38,810 nucleotides of DNA from a virus. Lineage: Duplodnaviria > Caudoviricetes. Below are positions 1 to 9,693 of the stretch, piece by piece. The position numbers and the translations under genes are program-made. The stretch spans positions 1 to 38,810 of the IMG/VR virus record IMGVR_UViG_3300032218_003242. One strand, given 5' to 3'. The stretch's first letter is position 1. Every line of letters begins with the position of its first letter. Below the pieces are notes generated by a model. It was not told the DNA's origin. It saw only the letters and a list, made by a program, of their open reading frames with translations, and searched no databases.

Positions 1-9
1 AAGAATCCG

Positions 10-495
10 ATGTTTGACTCCGCTAAGCGGGTAGAGCTTCTTATGAGTAAGATCGCTAAAGACCCAAAGACGCTAAAGATCGACGACTATCTAGCCATCG
101 CGACTATAGGTCTATCTAACTTTTTCTTCTCCGCACCTATGGACGAGTCAAGCGAGAACACCGCGGTAACAAGCGAGAAGCTTGCAATGCAAAGAGTCTA
201 TGAAGCTGACCAAGGACGCGACGTCGGAGTCGGTCTTGCCGTAGCATCTGACGATATTGACCAGGTATTTCAAGACTACCCAGAGCTGTACGAGCAACTT
301 GCAAGTGAAGATCCAGAGCAAGAAATCACAGCATCTGGTATGATTGAACTAGTTTTTGCTGCCCTTGGATCTGTAGATCCAAATGGACCTAACGCATGGC
401 TGTTAGATTACATGGATGGTCAGACGGCAGACGGCTTTGTAGGAGACATAGTTTTTGACGCTCAACCCGGCACCAATGAAACAGGGAAGAAGTAA
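10..495 (+). CDS. Acidic hypothetical protein, possibly C-terminal part of a longer head-associated ORF
   Basis: 161-aa ORF; frame is open from base 1 so it may start upstream of the window; stop abuts next ATG (497). Confidence 0.6.
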   Translation: MFDSAKRVELLMSKIAKDPKTLKIDDYLAIATIGLSNFFFSAPMDESSENTAVTSEKLAMQRVYEADQGRDVGVGLAVASDDIDQVFQDYPELYEQLASEDPEQEITASGMIELVFAALGSVDPNGPNAWLLDYMDGQTADGFVGDIVFDAQPGTNETGKK

Positions 496-496
496 A

Positions 497-3400
497 ATGA
501 ATATCGTAGGTAAGCACGGATCATATGTTCTATTCTCGAACGAGGGAAATGGCGTCATTATTGACGTTGAAGAAAACGTCATAGTCGACTCTGGTTCACT
601 ATCAGCGCTTATCGCTTCTGCCAAGTGGCAGGATGACAGTATCGAGTTTGACGAGTCAACCGCCGAGCTTGCGCAGGCTGCGTTAACAACATTAAACGTA
701 AGCATTGTTTCTTCCGCGGGTCGTATGTACACCATCCCTAAAGGCGCCCAGGAGGAAGCTAAGCGCGCTCTAGATTGGCATAAAGAGTACCATCGCGGTG
801 GCACACCTGTTGGTCTTAACAGCGCTCGTATTCTTGCGAAGGGTGGACAAATTGGAATTGAAAAGGTTCGTCATATTGCTAAGTATTTTCCTCGTCATGA
901 GGTTGATAAGAAGGCGACGGGCTATCAGCCGGGTGAAGAAGGCTTTCCTTCTCGTGGGCGTATTGCGTGGGCTCTCTGGGGCGGAGACGCAGGGTGGAAA
1001 TGGGCGCAAACAATCGTCGAGCGCGAAAATAAAAAAGCATTAAGAGCAGACGGATACACAGACCATGGCTACGAGGAAGATGCGTATAACTACGCAACCG
1101 ACACTAGCTACGACGCAGACGTTGATGCGTTTAAGTTAGCGGCAGCCACGGATAATGGAGCAGTTGAATTTATTGCGCGTATGCGTATGGACGGATCAGG
1201 AATTGATCGTCTTTATAAGATAGATGACAGTTATAACGTCTCTGTGTGGGATGCAGGATTCTGGCACTCTATTCCAGACGTAAACTCTGACTTTGCAAGC
1301 TATGACCTAGCACTTGACAAACCAGACGATACTGTGGAAAAGACTCACGTCAAGATTGACGCAGAGTCTGCACTATTTATCTCTGCATGTCTACAGGAAA
1401 ATCCAGGACACTACGTCTCGTTATTTGACATCAACTACGATGAAGCAGACATGATTGTTAAGGCTGCTTCAGAGCTTGACTTTACTCTTATGGACAGAGT
1501 TGTTATGGCAGCGGGAGCTATTGCAGATCCTTCTACTCCTGTAAATCAAGACGGTAACTATACTCCTGAAGAGCGTTCAGTTAAGGCTCAAAAACAGGTA
1601 CGCGATAAGACAGGTAAATTTGCACAGGTTGGCTCGCGAGTCGTTATCGGAGGAGATGCGACTAAAGGCTCAGGAAATATTATTTCAATCGATCCTGCAA
1701 AGCAATCTGTTAAAGTTCAGCTAGACTCCGGAAGTGTTGTTGACGTCCCTGCGGTATCAACAGCACCTGAAAGCACTGTCATGGCTCCAACAAACACACC
1801 TACCAATGTTACTCCCTTGGATACCACAGGAATTCTTGGACAGCCTCGCGCTCCTATTGACAGACCAAATGCGGTTATCCCTGGAACTCTTCCCGCACTT
1901 TCTCAAGGAGACCTAGCAACTATTCTTGCTGATTGGCCGGCCTGGGTAAAGTCACAACGCGACGCATTTAACGCTAACCCGGCAGCTCCTGCCGCAGGTT
2001 TACCAAGTGCTACCCCTGACAAGCCAACAAAACTTATTACAGGTCCAGGACAAGTTCCGCAGCCTCCAAAAACAGATAACCTAAAGGCTCTTGAAAAACT
2101 ATTAGGTGTAAAGTTAATCACAGATCCGTATATGCATCCTGTTCTTAAGAGCTTCTTAAACAAGAAGGTAAAAGGCTCAGATGGAAGTTACTACTACCCT
2201 AATAAAGTTTACTACCAACCCGTAGTTCGCGGTAGCGGTGCCTACGAGGCTCCAGAAGACATAAAAAAGATTAAGGATAAAGAGACTAATCCAACTAAGC
2301 CTGGTAACTCTACAGAGATGACACCAGAAAGTAGTGACGTACAGCCTATGTTCTTTGCTGTTGTTTCGCAGGACGATCCTTCAGCTGTTTTAGATTTAAT
2401 TTCACTAGTGCCAGCAAGCTCTACTTCATTAGAACCGATGACATATACACGTAAAGATGAAAAGTGGGTAAGAGATGAATCTGTTCTTGCGGATATTAAG
2501 TCTGCTACTCCGCCGCCTATCGTTCCTCTTGACGGAGAATCACTAAAGAGCGTTATCGAGCAGGTTGACGGTACTATTCCTCTTGTTTCTGCCGGATATG
2601 CAGACGCTGACATTATTACAGTTCTATGGGGTGCTAACGGAAACGTCATGATGATGACAGCTGCTGGCGGACCAGATCGTAACCGTGGAAATGCCGAGCG
2701 ACTTCGTCGTTACTGGGTTCATGGAGAAGGTGCGGCTAAGATTCGCTGGGGGACAGGCGGAGACTGGAGTCGCTGTGTACGACACCTTGAAAAGTTTATG
2801 GGACCTAGAGCAAAAGGATACTGTCAACTTCGTCATCACGACGCAATTCATATGTGGACTGCTCAGCACGCAAAGCTTGACCGTAATAAGCACCATTCAG
2901 TAGAAGAATTTAACGGTGATCACGGCACGTTTCCCACTAGTGTAACTGCAGATGACATGAAGATGTCTATTCCAGAAATTCATAAGAAGCACAAGCACGA
3001 CAAACTTTATGATCACAACTGGCGTCCGCATGGTTACATCATTCCTATTATCCGTGCAGTTACACCTCACGATGAGACTAAGGAAATTGAAGAGCCAAAC
3101 GAACCTATTGATTCAGAAATAATGCCATCAGGTGGTGGAGTCGCGCCTGTTGCAACTAGCTTAAATGTAATTTTAGCTGCAGGAGAAGGCGGACTAGACA
3201 GAAATAGAGGCAACGCTGAAACGTTGCGTCGTTACTGGACCATAGGTAAGGGTGGCTTAAAGATTCGCTGGGGAACTCCCGGCGATTGGACACGTTGTTA
3301 TCGACACCTAAAGAAATACATGGGCCCACGCGCTAAGGGATATTGTTCCCTACGTCACCACGAAATGACAGGCATGTGGCCTGGAGATAAAAACAATCCT

Positions 3401-5185
3401 GGTCATAACAAAGGAGCATTTGCCATCGACAGCATAAACTCATATGAAGACGTGTTAGCAGCATCTGTACTTTCTGCTAGGGCCGCGGATGCGCGTCTAC
3501 GCGTTATTACCGCCGGTGCCGAGATAGAGATGCCGGACGGCGCGGCGTTTAGGATTCCTCTTGTTATTCCAGAGGATCTTGAATCTGGAGACGGTCGCAA
3601 GTTTGAAAAGGGAGCGATTGAAATTCGCGAACTACCGCTCCCATTGATGTGGCAGATCAAGACTGACGAAGGCCATAACGGCTCGGTCGTTGTTGGCCGC
3701 ATTGATACGATGGAACGTGTTGAAAACGGTATTGGAAATGCTACAGGAGTCTTTGACTCTGGTGCCTATGGACAGGAGGCTGAGCGTCTTGTACGCGAAG
3801 GCTTTATCCGCGGTGTTTCCGCTGACTTAGATCAATTTGAGGCAAGTCAGCACACAGCTGAATTATCTGAAGATGAAGAAGATGGTAAAATCGGAACGGA
3901 CAAGCTCATGATTACTCATGCGCGAGTTATGGCGGTAACTCTAGTGCCTAAACCGGCATTTCAAGAGTGCCAAATCTACCTTGTCAATAATGACAAGACT
4001 CAGGAGGACAGCGTGACTATCCCAGACGGAGTATACGCCGATGAAATGGATCCCACAGAAGCGTCAGCGCTTGTAGCATGCGGCCTTGTCGCAGGTTCGA
4101 TCCCCGTGACGCCACCAACCTCGTGGTTTAACAACCCGCAGTTGCGTCAGGCAACACCTTTAACAGTAGATGACGACGGTCGCGTATTTGGTCATATTGC
4201 TGCATGGCATGTAGATCATATTGGAATGTCATTTGGAACTCGCCCACCTCGCTCGAAGAGCAAGTACGCCTACTTCCACACAGGAGTCGTTCGTACCGAT
4301 GAAGGTACGGATATCCCTGTAGGTCAACTAACATTAGCTGGAGGTCACGCGTCACTAGAAGCATCGGCTCATGAAGCTGCTCGTCATTATGACGACACTG
4401 GCTCAGCAATTGCAGATGTTCATGCTGGAGAAGATGCATTTGGTATCTGGGTATCTGGGGCTCTTCGCCCAGGTACAACTCCAGAGCAAGTTCGTGCCCT
4501 TCGCGCATCAGCACCTTCCGGTGACTGGCGTCCAATCAAGGGGCAACTTGAGCTCGTAGCGGTATGCCAGGTAAACGTACCAGGCTTCCCTATCGCACGC
4601 GCCCGTGTAGCCTCAGGCGCGGTTATGGCATTGGTTGCTGCAGGTGCCCAGGTACTTGCGCGCATGAAGTCAGATCCAGTCGCAGAATTGAGCTCTAGAA
4701 TTGAAAAATTGGAGCAGTTAGAAAACGCGCAACTTTCTACAAAAGCGGATGCTGCAAAGGCAAAGTTTGATGTAGTCCGTGATGAGAAGGAAGCTCAGCT
4801 TTCAATTAAGGCAGCCGAGGCTTACGCCCGTATCTATGGAGCACCGCGCTATGACGACGAGTTTGCTACAGTATCACGAGCAAAGAGAATGCAGCTAGCC
4901 AAGGAAGGTAGAGCTCTTCCAGATGGTTCATTCCCTATCTCTAACGTTGAAGACGTCAAGAATGCTATCCAGTCGTACGGTAGAGCTAAGCCTGGTAATA
5001 GAGCATCTGTTCGTCGTCATATTACAAAGATGGCTAAGAAATTAGATCGCCCAGATCTAGTCCCTGACGAATGGAAGTCTTTGTCCACCGTGGACGAGGA
5101 CGTTAATGATCTTCGTTTACGTTTAGCGAAGTTTTCTGCTAAACTAGACGATGGTATAGGAAAAACATCACCGGTCGAGGATTGA
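497..5185 (+). CDS. Large multidomain capsid maturation (prohead) protease protein
   Basis: ATG 497 just after TAA 493-495. HK97/herpes-fold protease motifs (H in EGHNGSVVVGRI, S in RGVSADLD, VTLVPKPAF) at ~3545-3980; second conserved actinophage domain (GHIAAW...SGDWR...VNVPGFP) ~4150-4600; RGGT..RHEVDK..WALWGGD domain ~725-1030; two RYW..KIRWG..C..H repeats; C-terminal ALPDGSFPI..V.NAI (DUF6582-like). Directly upstream of the capsid gene. Confidence 0.8.
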   Translation: MNIVGKHGSYVLFSNEGNGVIIDVEENVIVDSGSLSALIASAKWQDDSIEFDESTAELAQAALTTLNVSIVSSAGRMYTIPKGAQEEAKRALDWHKEYHRGGTPVGLNSARILAKGGQIGIEKVRHIAKYFPRHEVDKKATGYQPGEEGFPSRGRIAWALWGGDAGWKWAQTIVERENKKALRADGYTDHGYEEDAYNYATDTSYDADVDAFKLAAATDNGAVEFIARMRMDGSGIDRLYKIDDSYNVSVWDAGFWHSIPDVNSDFASYDLALDKPDDTVEKTHVKIDAESALFISACLQENPGHYVSLFDINYDEADMIVKAASELDFTLMDRVVMAAGAIADPSTPVNQDGNYTPEERSVKAQKQVRDKTGKFAQVGSRVVIGGDATKGSGNIISIDPAKQSVKVQLDSGSVVDVPAVSTAPESTVMAPTNTPTNVTPLDTTGILGQPRAPIDRPNAVIPGTLPALSQGDLATILADWPAWVKSQRDAFNANPAAPAAGLPSATPDKPTKLITGPGQVPQPPKTDNLKALEKLLGVKLITDPYMHPVLKSFLNKKVKGSDGSYYYPNKVYYQPVVRGSGAYEAPEDIKKIKDKETNPTKPGNSTEMTPESSDVQPMFFAVVSQDDPSAVLDLISLVPASSTSLEPMTYTRKDEKWVRDESVLADIKSATPPPIVPLDGESLKSVIEQVDGTIPLVSAGYADADIITVLWGANGNVMMMTAAGGPDRNRGNAERLRRYWVHGEGAAKIRWGTGGDWSRCVRHLEKFMGPRAKGYCQLRHHDAIHMWTAQHAKLDRNKHHSVEEFNGDHGTFPTSVTADDMKMSIPEIHKKHKHDKLYDHNWRPHGYIIPIIRAVTPHDETKEIEEPNEPIDSEIMPSGGGVAPVATSLNVILAAGEGGLDRNRGNAETLRRYWTIGKGGLKIRWGTPGDWTRCYRHLKKYMGPRAKGYCSLRHHEMTGMWPGDKNNPGHNKGAFAIDSINSYEDVLAASVLSARAADARLRVITAGAEIEMPDGAAFRIPLVIPEDLESGDGRKFEKGAIEIRELPLPLMWQIKTDEGHNGSVVVGRIDTMERVENGIGNATGVFDSGAYGQEAERLVREGFIRGVSADLDQFEASQHTAELSEDEEDGKIGTDKLMITHARVMAVTLVPKPAFQECQIYLVNNDKTQEDSVTIPDGVYADEMDPTEASALVACGLVAGSIPVTPPTSWFNNPQLRQATPLTVDDDGRVFGHIAAWHVDHIGMSFGTRPPRSKSKYAYFHTGVVRTDEGTDIPVGQLTLAGGHASLEASAHEAARHYDDTGSAIADVHAGEDAFGIWVSGALRPGTTPEQVRALRASAPSGDWRPIKGQLELVAVCQVNVPGFPIARARVASGAVMALVAAGAQVLARMKSDPVAELSSRIEKLEQLENAQLSTKADAAKAKFDVVRDEKEAQLSIKAAEAYARIYGAPRYDDEFATVSRAKRMQLAKEGRALPDGSFPISNVEDVKNAIQSYGRAKPGNRASVRRHITKMAKKLDRPDLVPDEWKSLSTVDEDVNDLRLRLAKFSAKLDDGIGKTSPVED

Positions 5186-5220
5186 AATAAGCAAGCTTAT
5201 TCAATTATTAACCTAGAAAA

Positions 5221-5343
5221 TATAATGTATTATTCAATCTAGGTGGAGTGCCTTAATGCGCCGCATTGAGTCCCTCGGCCTTGACTGATTAGCGAGATGA
5301 ACTAACTAATCTTGTTCATCATGACTGGCCCAGAGGAGGGACA
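5221..5343 (+). promoter_or_regulatory. -10 box (TATAAT 5221-5226) and structured 5' leader of major capsid gene
   Basis: AT-rich intergenic with perfect TATAAT; several complementary segments (5252-5270 hairpin; 5296-5302/5314-5320; 5273-5280/5327-5336); SD GAGGAGG before GTG 5344. Confidence 0.55.
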
Positions 5344-7401
5344 GTGGACCAAATTAAAACAATGCTTGACAGCCTGACTGAGCTCAGCGAGGAACAACTC
5401 GCCGACTTGCAGACAGCCATCGTCAATGAGTTTGAAACGGTTGAGAAGGAAGATCCTACTCCTCAGACAGTAGACGCCATGACATCACTAGCCGATATGC
5501 TTGACACCGTTCGCGGTGAAATCAAGGGTCGCGCAGCTGCAGCTGAAGAGCTTGCAGCACGTGCTGCGGAAGCAGCAATGCGTGTTAAAGGCCAAGAAGA
5601 TGTTCCTGCAGAAGATGTCCCAGCAGACGAAATGCCTGCCGAGACTCCTGCCGAGACTGAAGGAGCTCCAGCTGAAGAAGCTAAGGAAACTCCTGAAGAA
5701 GAGAAGAAGGAAATGCCTATGGCAGCGTCAACATCTGTGGAAAAAGGATCTGAGCTTTCAACCTCAGTAGAACCTGAAACAACAGAAACAACAGAGACAA
5801 CCGAGCCTGTAGCTGAATTCTCAGCTCCAGAAGAAGTTGTTGCAACTGAGACTGAACCAGCAGCTGACGCTGTTGTAGAAGTTGAAGCTGCTGCAGAAGC
5901 AACAGTCGAGGCAACTCCACAAGCTGAGCTTTCAACAGTAGAAGAAGTACCAACAGAATCGACCGAACCTGAAGTTGTCGTAGAAGCACCTGCTGAAGAA
6001 GCAGTTGTAGCGTCAGCTGAAGAAGAGGTACAACCAACAGAACCAGAAACAATCGAAGCGCCAATCGCGCAGGAAGATCAGGAGGCACCAGTGACCGCCG
6101 CCGCAAACAACGAGTTGGACGCTTTAATCGAAGCTCCAGCTGATCGCCGACCTGTTGCTCAGGTATCAGCTGCTGCAGTAGCAATCACTGCTGGCGCTGA
6201 CATTCCTGGCTACACAGCCGGAAGCACTATTAACGACATGGGTGGAGTTGCCGAAGCAATGGCAAAGCGTATCCACACACTTCGTCGTGTAAATGGTGGA
6301 GATGGAGAGCAGCACATCGTTGCATCTATCACCACTAAGTTCCCAGAAGAGCGCACCCTTACCCAGGATGCAGAATCTAACTGGAACAAGATTCAGTCTG
6401 TAGTCGGCCCAGAGGCACTCGTTGCATCTGGTGGACATCAGGCTCCATTCGAAGTTAAGTATGACATCTTTGGAATTGGCACAGCAGTACGCCCAGTCCG
6501 CGATTCACTACCTCGCTTCCAAGCAGATCGTGGCGGTATCCGCTACATCGTTCCACCAGTTCTATCTGACTACCCAGGGGCTGTCGGTATCTGGACTGCT
6601 GCAAACGATTCAGCACAGACACCATCACCATCAGCTAAGCTAAGCTTGACTGTTACAGCAGCATCTGAGACAACAGTCTCAACTGACGCAGTAACACTAC
6701 AGCTACAGTTTGGTAACCTTCTAACACGTGCTTATCCTGAATTGATCGCTCGTCACAACGAGCTTGGTCTTATTCAGCACGCACGCGAAGCTGAAGGAAA
6801 CCTTCTAACAAATATCGGTGCAGCTTCAACAGCAGTCACATCCACATCTCTCGTAGGTATGGGTCGCGACTTCCTAGTACAGCTTGGCCGCGCAGCAGCA
6901 GCTTACCGTGCACGTCACCGTCTAGAGGCTGATGCGCCACTTCGCGCAATCATCCCTGCATGGATCAAGGACGCAATGGCAGCTGACCTTACACTATCAA
7001 TGCCTGGCGATTCAACAATGAACGCCTACGGTGAGATCGATGCATACATCGCTTCACGCGGTATCAACGTGACATACTCACTTGACACACCAGCTGGTGC
7101 AGGAGCATTCGCTGCCCAATCAGCAGGCGCAATGAACGAATTCCCAGACACATTCGTCTGGTACTTGTTCGCTGAAGGAACATTCTTGTTCCTTGATGGT
7201 GGCACAATGGATCTCGGAATTATCCGTGACTCAACACTCGTCGGTACTAACGACTACAAGATGTTCGTTGAAACCTTCGAAAATGTTGCACTTGTTGGAG
7301 TTGAATCACTTAAGGTGACATCAACAATCAACGTAAACGGTACAGCATCTGCTCTACGCGACCTACTTGGTGGCGCATCAGCAACAACTATCGAATACTA
7401 A
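5344..7401 (+). CDS. Major capsid protein (hexamer-type) with N-terminal acidic scaffold/delta region
   Basis: N-terminal helical then E/P/A/T-rich low-complexity ~250 aa; C-terminal LVASGG.APFEVKYD..RPVRDSLPRFQADRGGIRY and LDGGTMDLGIIRDSTL..NDYKMFVETFE typical of cluster-B-like actinophage capsids; highly biased codons; strong SD. Confidence 0.88.
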   Translation: MDQIKTMLDSLTELSEEQLADLQTAIVNEFETVEKEDPTPQTVDAMTSLADMLDTVRGEIKGRAAAAEELAARAAEAAMRVKGQEDVPAEDVPADEMPAETPAETEGAPAEEAKETPEEEKKEMPMAASTSVEKGSELSTSVEPETTETTETTEPVAEFSAPEEVVATETEPAADAVVEVEAAAEATVEATPQAELSTVEEVPTESTEPEVVVEAPAEEAVVASAEEEVQPTEPETIEAPIAQEDQEAPVTAAANNELDALIEAPADRRPVAQVSAAAVAITAGADIPGYTAGSTINDMGGVAEAMAKRIHTLRRVNGGDGEQHIVASITTKFPEERTLTQDAESNWNKIQSVVGPEALVASGGHQAPFEVKYDIFGIGTAVRPVRDSLPRFQADRGGIRYIVPPVLSDYPGAVGIWTAANDSAQTPSPSAKLSLTVTAASETTVSTDAVTLQLQFGNLLTRAYPELIARHNELGLIQHAREAEGNLLTNIGAASTAVTSTSLVGMGRDFLVQLGRAAAAYRARHRLEADAPLRAIIPAWIKDAMAADLTLSMPGDSTMNAYGEIDAYIASRGINVTYSLDTPAGAGAFAAQSAGAMNEFPDTFVWYLFAEGTFLFLDGGTMDLGIIRDSTLVGTNDYKMFVETFENVALVGVESLKVTSTINVNGTASALRDLLGGASATTIEY

Positions 7402-7423
7402 GATTACTCGATAAAGTCGTGGA

Positions 7424-7449
7424 GGGAGCGCTCAGAAATGGGCGCTCCC
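7424..7449 (+). terminator. GC-rich hairpin after major capsid gene (terminator/attenuator or stabiliser)
   Basis: GGGAGCGCTCA-GAAA-TGGGCGCTCCC: 11-bp stem (one G-U) with GNRA tetraloop; no U-tract. Confidence 0.65.
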
Positions 7450-7491
7450 GATACGAATCAATAACTAGATTTTAGGTTAGGAATAAGGAAT

Positions 7492-8592
7492 ATGGCATTC
7501 AAAGGAATCCATCCAGCAGCGGATATTGAACCAATTGAGTTTGGTCTCTTTGCCGTAGCTAAGCCATCTCTTTCCGAAGATCACACTAATGAAAATGAGT
7601 GGACACGTGGTTTCTCTCAGGAATACATCACTGAGCCAAACTATGTTCGCAACTGGGATGAGACATCTACAACAAGTTATGTTGTATCAGATAGCCCTAG
7701 CTCAAAGCTGTATCAAGAGCTTAAGCCAATTTTTATTGAAGTAGAAGATCAGCGCTCTGCATTTAGCCTCGCTGGAGAGGACCGATTTGCTCGTGTTCTT
7801 AAGCAGCTTGAAGGCGTATCACAGAAGGCGCTTGAATACGAACTATGGAACGGTGAGATTGCTCTAGCTCAGTCCCTTCCAAATACATTTTTAACAAAGC
7901 CGAGCGTAACTGTTATCGCTGACGGCGCAAAGTTCAGTCCTCGCCGTGGTCTTTCTCTTCTAGAGCACTACGTAGGAGAAATGTCAGCAGCTGGAGAACA
8001 TGGAGTTATTCACCTTACTCGTGACGCTTTTGTTCTTATGACTAGCAATAACCAGATGTTTATGGACACTAAAGGTGCTCAGCATATGCAGACTGCGTCA
8101 GGCGCCCACGTTATCATCGGTTCAGGTTATCCGGGAGACGGGCCACACTCGAACATCGTCTCTTTTGCAGTGTCTTCTAATACAGTAACTGTAGTAACAA
8201 GTGGCCGTCACTATCTAGAAAATGGCGAGTCAGTGCAGATCGTAGGAAATGTTGATGCGGTTGATTTTGCTGGAACCTACACGGTAGCATCTACGCCATC
8301 TGGTTCATCATTTACCTTTGCTAAGACTGCCTCTAACTTAGGCACATCTGCACCTAATGGCTACGGCCCAGCGACAGCCCAGCACAAGGCTGGAGATGAC
8401 AGTAAATGGATTTACGCTACTGGCAAGGTGTTTGCGCACCTAGGAAAGTCAGAAGTGGTAAATGACACTCTAGCACAAGGCTACGATGTGTCAGCGAACA
8501 GGAATAACATGAAGATCAAGGCAACTCGCTCTGCGATTGCATACTTTGATCCATCAGTCCATCTCGCAGTCAAGCTCGACCTAACGGTATAG
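7492..8592 (+). CDS. Minor/pentamer-type capsid protein with inserted beta-domain
   Basis: Follows MCP as in cluster-B-like phages with separate hexamer/pentamer proteins; QKALEYELWNG, GVIH, IIGSGY, WIYATG.V, N....ATR motifs. Confidence 0.65.
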   Translation: MAFKGIHPAADIEPIEFGLFAVAKPSLSEDHTNENEWTRGFSQEYITEPNYVRNWDETSTTSYVVSDSPSSKLYQELKPIFIEVEDQRSAFSLAGEDRFARVLKQLEGVSQKALEYELWNGEIALAQSLPNTFLTKPSVTVIADGAKFSPRRGLSLLEHYVGEMSAAGEHGVIHLTRDAFVLMTSNNQMFMDTKGAQHMQTASGAHVIIGSGYPGDGPHSNIVSFAVSSNTVTVVTSGRHYLENGESVQIVGNVDAVDFAGTYTVASTPSGSSFTFAKTASNLGTSAPNGYGPATAQHKAGDDSKWIYATGKVFAHLGKSEVVNDTLAQGYDVSANRNNMKIKATRSAIAYFDPSVHLAVKLDLTV

Positions 8593-8635
8593 AATACATC
8601 TAGTAGCCGCTTCCAAATAAGGAGAAAAATAAACA

Positions 8636-9682
8636 ATGGCAACTCAAGAATACGCCGCCAGTATTCAGGGCGTCTCAATTCGAGTAACTCGACTTGACGC
8701 ATCTGGCAACCTCCTGAATCAGCCCGGCGATAGCTATACAACATCTGCATTCATGCGTCTCTCATTCACACCAGAGTACGAACAAGGCGATGAAATTACA
8801 GAAAAAGGCGCTAACGGAGCTGTTGCTGTAACCTACAAGTCTCCAGACACGCTAAAGCGCGTCACTATGGAACTTGCAATCACGGAGCCAGACCAAGAGC
8901 TAACTCAGCTGGTCTCAGGCGGCTTGCTACTTCGTAAGAACCTAGGCACATACGCTTCACCAGATCGCAAGTCAGTCGGTTGGTCTGCTCCTTCAGTAGG
9001 CGATGACCCTGCTGGCAACGGTGTTGCTATCGAGACATGGTCTAACGCAATCATCGACGGTAAGAAGTCAGCAACATATCCTTACTTCCACTGGGTGTTT
9101 CCATACTGTAAGCTTCGTCTTTCAGGAGACCGTATTATTGAAAACGGCCTACTTGCAAGCAGCTTCCAGGGTTACGGTCTTGGCAACACGGCGTTTTCAA
9201 CGGGTCTTGACGAGCGCTGGGAATACCCAGTTGCAACAGAGCGCCCTTACTCGTATGCTCGTTCTAACTGGGCGCCAACAGGCCGCAGAGGCTTCTATCG
9301 CTGGCATGGAGATATCTCAAAGACTGTTTCAAACGTTGCCCGTACTGGAACAACTGCTACAGTCACTACCTCAACTGCCCATACCCTTGAAGTTGGTGAC
9401 TCAGTGGTAATTGCAGGTCTAACTAACTCTGCTCTCAACGGTACATACACAATCGTAACAGTGCCAACAACAACAACATTCACATACACAACAACTACTA
9501 CCGGCTCTATCGCATCTGTATCCGATGCTGGTACAGTTTTGTGCGCTGCAAACTCACGTGCGGTAACTGACTTTACTTCACAAGGTTCAACTACAGCTTA
9601 TAACGTTCCTGGAAACGCTGACTACAACGCAGACAACGCGACAGACTTTATCATCGCGTCTACAGAGGATCCATCCTCTTAA
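8636..9682 (+). CDS. Major tail (tube) protein
   Basis: IRVTRLDASG..., EYEQGDEITEKGANG, LKRVTMELAITEPD, YFHWVFP motifs typical of actinophage tail tube proteins; SD AAGGAG. Confidence 0.8.
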   Translation: MATQEYAASIQGVSIRVTRLDASGNLLNQPGDSYTTSAFMRLSFTPEYEQGDEITEKGANGAVAVTYKSPDTLKRVTMELAITEPDQELTQLVSGGLLLRKNLGTYASPDRKSVGWSAPSVGDDPAGNGVAIETWSNAIIDGKKSATYPYFHWVFPYCKLRLSGDRIIENGLLASSFQGYGLGNTAFSTGLDERWEYPVATERPYSYARSNWAPTGRRGFYRWHGDISKTVSNVARTGTTATVTTSTAHTLEVGDSVVIAGLTNSALNGTYTIVTVPTTTTFTYTTTTTGSIASVSDAGTVLCAANSRAVTDFTSQGSTTAYNVPGNADYNADNATDFIIASTEDPSS

Positions 9683-9693
9683 TAATAGAATGT

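Noticed and set aside
455-496. Longer ORF-track starts (455, 15954, 24765, 28135, 35401)
   Set aside because: Downstream starts (497, 16011, 24804, 28207, 35407) fit stop-start coupling or SD spacing better.
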